Origin: an uncultured Anaerolineae bacterium
Lineage (GTDB): Bacteria > Chloroflexota > Anaerolineae > VGOG01
Length of the DNA stretch: 64,000 nucleotides
Assembly (NCBI GenBank): GCA_964510205.1
Contig: CAZEBW010000004.1
Span: 3,638-67,637, forward strand
Direction: 5' to 3'
Shown: positions 45,927 through 53,848 of the stretch, one piece after another
Position numbering within the stretch: the stretch's first letter is position 1
How the letters are laid out: every line of letters starts with the position of its first letter
Translations under genes and position numbers: made by a program
The notes under the pieces: generated by a model
The model's input: only the letters and a program-made list of their open reading frames with translations
Told to the model about the DNA's origin: nothing
Databases searched by the model: none

Positions 45927-48900
45927 TGCACTTGCACCTTGCTCAACAGAATGCGGTCGCCGGGCAAAGGTTCGCCCTGTTCATCGAAAGCGGGAAGTCG
46001 CTGCATGGTCTCCAAATCGTACATCCCCACTTCGATCTGGTACTCGCCGGCCGGTGCGGCCGCGTCCACGATGATCTCGTATTCGTCTACCACGACCTCG
46101 CCGGGAAGCCAGCTCGTCGTCGGATGCGCGCCCCTCATGGGAAGGTTATCTTTTTGCCCCCAGGTGCGATTCTGGGCGTCTACGAGGTGGGTGAAGACGG
46201 TGTAGCTGGTCTCCATTTCTTGCTGTAAGCGAAGCGGCGCTTGCCAGTAGAGGGTGAGGTGCAGCGTGCCGCCTGGCTTCACGGTGGTCTTGTCGAGATC
46301 GTAGCCGAGGAAGGCCACCTTGTCAGCCAGGTTCGCTCGCAAGGGATGTTGGATGTCGGTGGGCGCGGTGAAAAGCCGCTCAGGGGCGATTACCGACAAT
46401 GTCGCCAGAGGTTGGAAGTCGGAAGTTGGAGATTGGAGGTTGGAAGGTTGAATTTTGAAGTTTAAGCTTTGCTCGCCCGTTGGAGCAGCGGCATCAACCG
46501 CCAGGTCGTATTGGCCGCGAATGACCTCGCCTTCCTTCCAGCGGCTGGTGGGGTATTCTTCGTTGGCCAATGGGAACTCTCCCCTGGCCCAAACGTTTCC
46601 CGTGCTGTCTTGCATCTGTAGATGAAGGCGGTAGTCGCTTTCCATCGAGCGCAGCGCCCGCCAGAAGAGCGCGGCTCGCATTGTCTCCCCCGCCCGCGCT
46701 TCGGTGGACGACAGGTCGTAGCCCAGGAGTTCCACCTGGCCGTCGAAGTCGTGACGCAGGGGGTGGGGGATGGCCAGCTCCTCGATGGTCGGCGGCACGC
46801 TGGGGCTGGCTACGGCGACTGTCCCCAAGGCGTACTCCGTACCCGCTGGCGCGTTCCTTTCGTCCAAGATGCGCAGGCTTTGCAGCGTGTCCACATCATA
46901 AACGACCAGCTCCACTTGATAGCGGCCCGGCGGGATGCCAGGCAGCAGGGAGAGGGTATGATGCCTCTCCACGATCCCGCCCACCTCCCAGGCATAGGTC
47001 GCCAGGCCGTCTTCGTTCTCCAGCCATTCGTCTGTTTGGCTCCAAAGGCGCCCCTGTTCGTCCACCAGGCGGAGGGAGAGGGCGTAGCCCTCCTGCATCT
47101 GCGCCTGGGTCTCCCACCGAAGGGCGACCCCCAACTGCTTTCTGTACTCGATGATGTCCCCGGTGAAGCCGTGGCCCGTCAGCCGCAAGCGGTTGCCGAA
47201 ATTGACGTTAGCCTGGACCTGGATGGGGCTCAAATCCAGGTCCAGAGGAGAGGTGAGGAGATAGCGAGAGACGGTGGTATGGGGAAGGGCCTCTCGGCCG
47301 ATGAGCAGGGCATGGGTATTCAGTTGGTAACTGATCCAATTGCCCATATCGCTTTCTGGGTAGGCCACGTACCATAGCTGTCGGGGCGCGGCGGACTCTG
47401 TTAGCTTGTCGGTCATGTCGGTCCAGCCCTGGCTATCGGAGACGACGTAGTAGGTCAGCGGCCCTTGATAATGCTTGACGAAGGGCGAGTCGGCGTCGAG
47501 CAGCACGACGTCGTCCGGCTGAGCCTGGCTCTCCAAATAGGCGATCAGCTCTTGGTAGTAAGTGTTGGGATAGATCCAGGCGTAGTCCACGCCGCGAATC
47601 TTGACCACGTGCTCTGGCTGCTGTTGACCGTGGAGAGCCGCTGTGACGGGCGAGTCTTGCTGCACATCGCTGACGTAGAGCACGGCGTAATCGGCGGTAG
47701 CTGTGTTGTGCTCCGTCAGTGCTTCCGTCTGGCCCTTGAACAGGGGGGCGAACCCTGGGATGTCCCAGGTGGCAACGCGAAGGTCTGTTGCATTCTCCTT
47801 TTGATTCAAATATCTGGCCGCCAGATCCATGCCCTCGCCCCAGCCCGCGGGCAGGATTTGGATGGCTCTGGATGTGCCGCCCAGCAGGGGGTTGGCGTAG
47901 GCCAGATAGTAGGGATGGTAGGGCAAGGCGAGAGCAGCCTGGAGGAGCACCACTAAGCTCAGAGCCAGCTCGATCCCCCATCTCCAATGCCTGGATAGGA
48001 AGGCTTCGATGAAATAGACCCACCCAACAGCGGCCAGGATGTCAAGGGCCAGAAAGGCGGGCAATAGATACCGCTCGAACTTCTTGGCCCCCACGGCCAG
48101 AGTGATCGTGACCAGGGAAACGTAGACGAGCAGGGCGAGTACCTCGAACCACTTCGAACCTCTTTTCTTTACGATGGCCCAAAATGCTGCTGCCAGTAGG
48201 CCCAGCCAGACGAGGGGCGTCGTCCTGAAGAGCAGGCTGAAGGGATAGAACCAGGGGCCTGGGTCGGAGACGGACTGACCGAGGAAGAAGTTGACGGGGT
48301 GAGGGGTGGCGGCGAAGCGGTGGGCGAGTCCGAAGGTGCCGCGCAGGGTCTCGACGGGAGAGACCCACATAGCTGGCCAAAGGGCCACAAAAGCGATAAC
48401 CGCTACCATGCACCACACCGAGAGGGACCGTAGCGAACTGAAAATCGGCTTGGCCCACGCCTGCCCTGAGCCTTGTCCTGAGGCCGCTTCGCCTACAGTC
48501 GAAGCGTGTCGCCGGAGGATTGCCGACTTCGTGAGACCCTCGAAGCTGAGCAAAAGGGCGGCGAAGGGTAGCAGAGCGAAGGCGGTGGCCTTGGTCAGAA
48601 AGGCCAGGCCGGCTAGGCACCCTGAGAGGCCGAGGTAAACAAGGGAGCGATTATGCCTCAGGTAGACGAGAAGGCTCAGGACGGACAGGATCATCAGGTT
48701 GGCCGCCGCCCCGTCGGTGTGGAAGACTCGCGAATGGGCCAGGTGGAAGGGGTCGAAGCAAATCAAGAGCGCGGCCAGGAGGGCCACCCTCCCCCCGAAG
48801 AGTTTCCTGGTCAGGAGGTATACCCCCACCGCGCTCGCTGCGCCGAGGAGAACGAGTGGGAGCTTGGCTGCCACCAGGAAGAGGGCCAGGCGGCGCAGGG

Positions 48901-49234
48901 CAGCTACGTTGTACAAATCAAGCGTGGCTAGCTGTTGCAGCCAGTTCCACTCGGCCGCCCCTTGCCCCAGCAGGAGCTGGCCGGCTGCCCCCAAAGCCCC
49001 GGCCCACATGATGGTCACCCCAGGCGCCCCCACCTGGAAGGTATCGGCGAAGCGCCCGCTCTCTATGGCAGAGAGGAAGCGGAGCGAGCGGTAGACCCAC
49101 ATTGGCTCGTCCCAGGTGATGAAGGTGTTGAGGGCCAGGATGCGGGGCAGCAAGGCCAAAACGAAAAGGCCCAGGCAGATGAGCGTTTGTCGCTTCTTGT
49201 TACGAAATCGCATTCGCCGCTGGCTCATTTTCAA
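45923..49234 (-). CDS. GT-C fold glycosyltransferase (ArnT/PMT-like), paralog 4, 1103 aa
   Basis: ITWDEPMWVYRSLRF N-loop, multi-TM core, a central soluble region and three C-terminal modules. Confidence 0.8.
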   Translation of the reverse strand: MKMSQRRMRFRNKKRQTLICLGLFVLALLPRILALNTFITWDEPMWVYRSLRFLSAIESGRFADTFQVGAPGVTIMWAGALGAAGQLLLGQGAAEWNWLQQLATLDLYNVAALRRLALFLVAAKLPLVLLGAASAVGVYLLTRKLFGGRVALLAALLICFDPFHLAHSRVFHTDGAAANLMILSVLSLLVYLRHNRSLVYLGLSGCLAGLAFLTKATAFALLPFAALLLSFEGLTKSAILRRHASTVGEAASGQGSGQAWAKPIFSSLRSLSVWCMVAVIAFVALWPAMWVSPVETLRGTFGLAHRFAATPHPVNFFLGQSVSDPGPWFYPFSLLFRTTPLVWLGLLAAAFWAIVKKRGSKWFEVLALLVYVSLVTITLAVGAKKFERYLLPAFLALDILAAVGWVYFIEAFLSRHWRWGIELALSLVVLLQAALALPYHPYYLAYANPLLGGTSRAIQILPAGWGEGMDLAARYLNQKENATDLRVATWDIPGFAPLFKGQTEALTEHNTATADYAVLYVSDVQQDSPVTAALHGQQQPEHVVKIRGVDYAWIYPNTYYQELIAYLESQAQPDDVVLLDADSPFVKHYQGPLTYYVVSDSQGWTDMTDKLTESAAPRQLWYVAYPESDMGNWISYQLNTHALLIGREALPHTTVSRYLLTSPLDLDLSPIQVQANVNFGNRLRLTGHGFTGDIIEYRKQLGVALRWETQAQMQEGYALSLRLVDEQGRLWSQTDEWLENEDGLATYAWEVGGIVERHHTLSLLPGIPPGRYQVELVVYDVDTLQSLRILDERNAPAGTEYALGTVAVASPSVPPTIEELAIPHPLRHDFDGQVELLGYDLSSTEARAGETMRAALFWRALRSMESDYRLHLQMQDSTGNVWARGEFPLANEEYPTSRWKEGEVIRGQYDLAVDAAAPTGEQSLNFKIQPSNLQSPTSDFQPLATLSVIAPERLFTAPTDIQHPLRANLADKVAFLGYDLDKTTVKPGGTLHLTLYWQAPLRLQQEMETSYTVFTHLVDAQNRTWGQKDNLPMRGAHPTTSWLPGEVVVDEYEIIVDAAAPAGEYQIEVGMYDLETMQRLPAFDEQGEPLPGDRILLSKVQVQ
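46409..46468. repeat. Heptamer array GGTTGGA/AGTTGGA (about 8 copies) inside a CDS
   Basis: gaggttggaagtcggaagttggagattggaggttggaaggttgaattttgaagtttaagc, translated as LNFKIQPSNLQSPTSDFQP. Confidence 0.85.
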
Positions 49235-49276
49235 CTCCGAGGTAATGCGTTTCTCCCGCTATTCTTGTGCCTGCTC

Positions 49277-50302
49277 TCAATCTGGCTCTGCGGTGAGGGC
49301 TGAGCTCTCAACGGCAGCCTCGTGCGAAGCGCCTGCCCGCTCAATCAACTCAAATCCTTCCCGCGAGAGATAGAAGTAGCCCAAGGCCAGGGGGAGTATG
49401 TGAGTGGCCCGAAAAAGGAGGGCGAAGGCTAGTGCATCGCTCCTGTCGGCGGAGAAGACCGCGAGTATGCCGGCGAAAACGAATTCCAGAGTACCCACTT
49501 TGCCAGGCAGAGCCGGGACGAGGCTTGCCAAGTTGAAGATGACCAGCAGAAGGACATAGATGTATCCGGACAGGGATATGCCTAACGAGGCGCCGGTCAG
49601 AAGAAAGGTGATCAGCATAAGAGACCAAGCCGAAAACGATAGAAGGACTGAGAGCGCCATCCCTCTTCCCTCTTTCAAAATCAACATCCCTTTGCTGAAG
49701 GAGGCCAACAGGTTCTTGGCTTTGGAGGCCAGAGAGGGAGAGATTTTGGCCAACCCCGTGGTCAGCAGATGGGTGATGTCTTCCCCTCGGTGATACCAGC
49801 TCGCCAGGAGAAGGAGGCCGACGGCAAATAGAAGGCCGGCCAGACCACCCACGTACATGATCCAGTCGGGCAGCGGGAAAAGACGGAGGAGCACCAGCAG
49901 GCCAAAGAGTAGAATCAGCACATCGAGCATCCTCTCCACGACGATGGTCGCCAGAACCGTGCTGGTCCGCAGGCTTTCCCCTCTTGCCAGCGCGAAAGCG
50001 CGCAACAACTCGCCCGATTGGACGGGTAGAAAGTAGTTGCCGAAATAACCAATCAAAATCCTGGGCAGCAGAATGCGGACCCTCAAATCCTTAACCGGCC
50101 TGAGAAGATACTTCCAACGGGCGGCTCGCAAGCCGAAAGCCCCCAGGCGAAGCAAATTGGCCAGAACCAGATAGGAGTAGTCAGCTCCTCGCAGGGCCAA
50201 CGCGAGCTTTCCCGCCTCGATATTTCTCACGACCAGGAACAATAGGAGAAGGCTGATTCCAGTTCCGATCAGCAGCCGATATCTTTTCACCGTCAACCCC
50301 AA
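49277..50302 (-). CDS. Lysylphosphatidylglycerol-synthase-TM-like (flippase-like, UPF0104) membrane protein
   Basis: N-terminus RYRLLIGTGISLLLLFLVVRNI...LRAARWKYLL and about 8 TM helices, typical of the LPG_synthase_TM family. Confidence 0.7.
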   Translation of the reverse strand: MGLTVKRYRLLIGTGISLLLLFLVVRNIEAGKLALALRGADYSYLVLANLLRLGAFGLRAARWKYLLRPVKDLRVRILLPRILIGYFGNYFLPVQSGELLRAFALARGESLRTSTVLATIVVERMLDVLILLFGLLVLLRLFPLPDWIMYVGGLAGLLFAVGLLLLASWYHRGEDITHLLTTGLAKISPSLASKAKNLLASFSKGMLILKEGRGMALSVLLSFSAWSLMLITFLLTGASLGISLSGYIYVLLLVIFNLASLVPALPGKVGTLEFVFAGILAVFSADRSDALAFALLFRATHILPLALGYFYLSREGFELIERAGASHEAAVESSALTAEPD

Positions 50303-51981
50303 TACCCCAGCCCTTTGAGCCTCTCCTCGATCAACGCGCTATCTTCCTGGGAATAGGCGCCAGCCTGGCCTCCCCGTTCCTCAGGGGCCTCGGTGTAGAG
50401 CACAGGATTGGAGACAAGAAAATCTTCCTGGAGGGCTTCTTTTAGCACTTTCCCATCCATGTCCACAGGCACGGGCAGACCCAGCAGATGTAGGATGGTG
50501 GGAGCGACGTCTATGATCTGCGCTCCCGTGATGGTCTCGTTCTCTCTGATGCCGTCACCCATCAGGGCAATCAAGCCGTTCATCCTATGGTCGCCGGAAT
50601 TGCCGAAGACATCCTCGATGATATGACGGGACGCAAACTCCAATATGCCCAGTGGCTTATATCTCATGTCCCTAGCTATAAAGGAGATATCGGGGGCTTT
50701 GTCAACGTATGGGCCATTGTAGAACTCTTCTTTGGTCAAGATCTCGCCGATAATCTTCTCACCAGTCTGAGGATCTCTAAACTGGCGCAAATCATGTACG
50801 ATTTTATCCCGAAGCTCCTCGTATTCGCGGCCAGGCTCGACAATGCCCTGGGGCTCCCTACCTTTGAGATTGATGAAGATCTGACCGTAGTTGCCTCTGG
50901 AATAGGCCCTTGTTGTGGACCAGTCCACCGACGACATGGAGAGGAACATGGCTTTCAGCAGACGAATCAGTTTGTGGCGTTGAACCAACCCGCCGGAAAG
51001 CCTCAATTTGGCCAGACCGAGCTCCATAGCCAGCCTGTATAGGAGACCGGGGGTGAACCCTCTGCTGAAAAGGGCGTACTTGGCCTTGGTGATGAAATCC
51101 TGTTTCAACCTTAAATAGCCTGACTCCATCAGCCAGATGTTGAAGTTGACGAATTTGTGAATAGGCCCAAAGCCATGATCAGACATTAAGATCACCACGG
51201 TCTCGTCGCCCGCGCTCTGAATCAACTGTTGCAGGCCGGCATCCACCTCCTTGAGAAAGGACATGATCCGACCCTCGAATTTCGCCGCCTCACTGTGGTT
51301 GTGCTTGGGATGGGTGGGATCGAAGATGTGCCACAGTTCGTGTTGGAGCCGATCCATGCCCGAGAAATGCACCATGAAGAAATCCCAATCGTAGTGCTCG
51401 AGAAGGTAGCGGCTCGTGTTAAGCCTGTACTCGAAAACCTGAAAGAGTTCCTCGATGACATGGCCGACTCGCCCTGGGCTGTAGACCTCGGTGTGCAGCA
51501 GGCGGTACTTTCCAAACTTCCTCTCCAGCTCGGGTATCAAAGTCTTGGGGTAGGAAAAGCGCCTATCTCCGGGCGGCGTCAGCATGCCGCTTATGAGGAA
51601 ACCATTGACCTGGCGCGGTGGATAGGTGACCGGCACATTGACCGTTCCTACCTTCTTACCCGCCTCGCTCACCAGGTCCCAGATCGCCTGACCGCTGCAC
51701 ATGTCGGCGCTGACGGGCTCTCGATCGAAGCTCTCTCCGTGGCGAAGGAGGAATTCGAAAACCCCATGTTTGCCGGGGTTTTTGCCCGTCATGAAGGACG
51801 CCCAGGCGGCTGCCGTCACGGGGGGAAAGACGGTGTGCAATTCACCTGCTGCCCCATTCTCAAGCATCTTTCTCAGAACAGGGAGGTGGCCCTCCTTAAT
51901 CAAGGGGTTGAGCAAATCCAAAGTCGCCCCATCGAGGCCGATGACCAAGACCCTGCGATGATTCACGTTCTCCTCTTTCAA
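50293..51981 (-). CDS. Alkaline-phosphatase-superfamily protein (type I phosphodiesterase/nucleotide pyrophosphatase family)
   Basis: VLVIGLDGATLDLL...PPVTAAAWASFMTGKNPGKHGV...ILMSDHGFGP metal/nucleophile motifs. Confidence 0.8.
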   Translation of the reverse strand: MKEENVNHRRVLVIGLDGATLDLLNPLIKEGHLPVLRKMLENGAAGELHTVFPPVTAAAWASFMTGKNPGKHGVFEFLLRHGESFDREPVSADMCSGQAIWDLVSEAGKKVGTVNVPVTYPPRQVNGFLISGMLTPPGDRRFSYPKTLIPELERKFGKYRLLHTEVYSPGRVGHVIEELFQVFEYRLNTSRYLLEHYDWDFFMVHFSGMDRLQHELWHIFDPTHPKHNHSEAAKFEGRIMSFLKEVDAGLQQLIQSAGDETVVILMSDHGFGPIHKFVNFNIWLMESGYLRLKQDFITKAKYALFSRGFTPGLLYRLAMELGLAKLRLSGGLVQRHKLIRLLKAMFLSMSSVDWSTTRAYSRGNYGQIFINLKGREPQGIVEPGREYEELRDKIVHDLRQFRDPQTGEKIIGEILTKEEFYNGPYVDKAPDISFIARDMRYKPLGILEFASRHIIEDVFGNSGDHRMNGLIALMGDGIRENETITGAQIIDVAPTILHLLGLPVPVDMDGKVLKEALQEDFLVSNPVLYTEAPEERGGQAGAYSQEDSALIEERLKGLGYWG

Positions 51982-51995
51982 ATCAGATCAATCTC

Positions 51996-53678
51996 CTAAG
52001 CTATGTAGCCCAGTCCCTTCAGCCGCTCCAGGATCAGCTCCCTGTCCTCTCCGACGTAGTCCTGGCTGCTCTCCGCTTTTTCCAAAGAGGGCTCGCCATA
52101 AGTTACCCGATGGGATTTCAGGAATCCGGGAGTAAAAGCCTTCTGCAAAACCTTGCCTTCCAGGTCGGAGGGTAGAGGTAGCCCCATAGCGTAAAGGATG
52201 GTGGGAGCGAGGTCAATGATCTGAGCCTCGTCTAAGCTCTCGCCGGCTTTGACACCTCCGCCGTGTAGGATCAATATACCATCCATACTGTGATGGCCCG
52301 TCTGTCCATAGCTGGGCTCGATGACGCGATTTGAACCGAAATCCGCATGGCCGAAGGAAACGTACTTGGAGCGCTCAGTATGCAGAACCAGATCGGGCAT
52401 CCTGTCCAGGCTTTTCCCCTGGAATATCTCCTCTTTTCTATAAGCCCTTTTGATCACCTTCTCGCCGCTTTGAGGATCGCGCAAGCTCTGCGCTTCGCCG
52501 ATTAACCTGTCTCGCAGCCTCTCGTACTCCCGCCCCGGCTCGACAATTCCCTGCGGGTACTTTTCCTTGAGATTGATGTAGACCTGCCCGAAGTTGCCCA
52601 CGGCGAAGGCCCTGGTCTTCGACCAGTTGACATCGGAGAAGGAGAGGAAGAGCTTTTTCAGGAGGCCGAGGGATTTCCCCCGTTTCACGTTTGCCCGCAG
52701 GCCGCTTAGGCCCAAATACGTCGCTAGCTTCAGGATATTCATGGGGGTGAATCCCGCCTGGAACATAGCATACTTGGCCAGGCTGAGCGGATCTTTCTTC
52801 AGGCTCAGCAAGCCCAATTGGCGCAGCCAGTTGTTGACGTGGAAGAAACGATGGAAGGGACCGAATCCGTGATCCGACATCACCACAACGATGGTATCCT
52901 CGTCCGCTTGAGCCAGAATCCGACCCAGGTGGCGGTCAATCTCCCGATAGAAGCTCAGGATGGACTCCCTGTGCAGATCTGCCTGGATGGGATCGTATAG
53001 AGGGTGCTTTTCGTCGAGGAGATGCCAGAGCTCATGTTGCAGCAAATCCACCGATTCGAAGACAGAGACGAAGAAATCCCACTCCCTGTTCTCCAGCAGG
53101 TAAAGCACAGCCTCGACTCTTTGGGCCTCGAACGCTTTCACATCCTCAACGAAACGTTCAATGTTACCAGATCGGTTGCCCTCAGGCGGGGAGAGCGGGA
53201 AATCCCCCACCTTTCGCCGCAGCTCTTCCCTGAGCGAAGGGGGATAGGTGTAATCGCTATCGGGACCAGGGGCCATAAAAGAGCTGACGATGAAGCCGTT
53301 CACCGCCTCGGGGGGATAGGTGACGGGAAAGCTCACTAGCCCCACCTTGCAGCCAGCATCGCTGATGAGATTCCACAGCGTCCTTGAGGTTCTGAAGGTG
53401 GCGTTGGCGACAGATACCTGATAGCTGCCAGGGCGGGGAAAGACGAAATCCACCAACCCGTGTTGTCCAGGGTTCTTGCCCGTGGCGAAGGATGTCCAGG
53501 CCGAGGCCGAGACGGGAGGGATGGTGGTGGTCAGGGCTCCGACCGTCCCTTCGCTCATCAACCTTTGCAGGGTAGGCAATTTGCCGTCCCTGGCCCAAGG
53601 CCGGAGCAGGTCGAAAGTGGCGCCGTCCAGTCCTATTACCAACACTCTTCTGTTCTCCGCGGCGTTCTCAGCAAACAT
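51996..53678 (-). CDS. Alkaline-phosphatase-superfamily protein, paralog
   Basis: VLVIGLDGATFDLL...PPVSASAWTSFATGKNPGQHGL...VVMSDHGFGP. Collinear with the neighbouring gene. Confidence 0.8.
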   Translation of the reverse strand: MFAENAAENRRVLVIGLDGATFDLLRPWARDGKLPTLQRLMSEGTVGALTTTIPPVSASAWTSFATGKNPGQHGLVDFVFPRPGSYQVSVANATFRTSRTLWNLISDAGCKVGLVSFPVTYPPEAVNGFIVSSFMAPGPDSDYTYPPSLREELRRKVGDFPLSPPEGNRSGNIERFVEDVKAFEAQRVEAVLYLLENREWDFFVSVFESVDLLQHELWHLLDEKHPLYDPIQADLHRESILSFYREIDRHLGRILAQADEDTIVVVMSDHGFGPFHRFFHVNNWLRQLGLLSLKKDPLSLAKYAMFQAGFTPMNILKLATYLGLSGLRANVKRGKSLGLLKKLFLSFSDVNWSKTRAFAVGNFGQVYINLKEKYPQGIVEPGREYERLRDRLIGEAQSLRDPQSGEKVIKRAYRKEEIFQGKSLDRMPDLVLHTERSKYVSFGHADFGSNRVIEPSYGQTGHHSMDGILILHGGGVKAGESLDEAQIIDLAPTILYAMGLPLPSDLEGKVLQKAFTPGFLKSHRVTYGEPSLEKAESSQDYVGEDRELILERLKGLGYIA

Positions 53679-53848
53679 ATCTTACCTCAGTGGACGGATT
53701 ATAGACGAAAGCGTGGGTAAAGTCAATGCAGGCCAAACAGCATTTTCCCCCTCGTTGTAGAGGGGGATGACGATAGATCCGTCTGCTTTCACCTCTGCGA
53801 CCCTCCCGCAGACTCTGAGCCTGCGGGAGGGTGTTATTGGCTGTCGGT

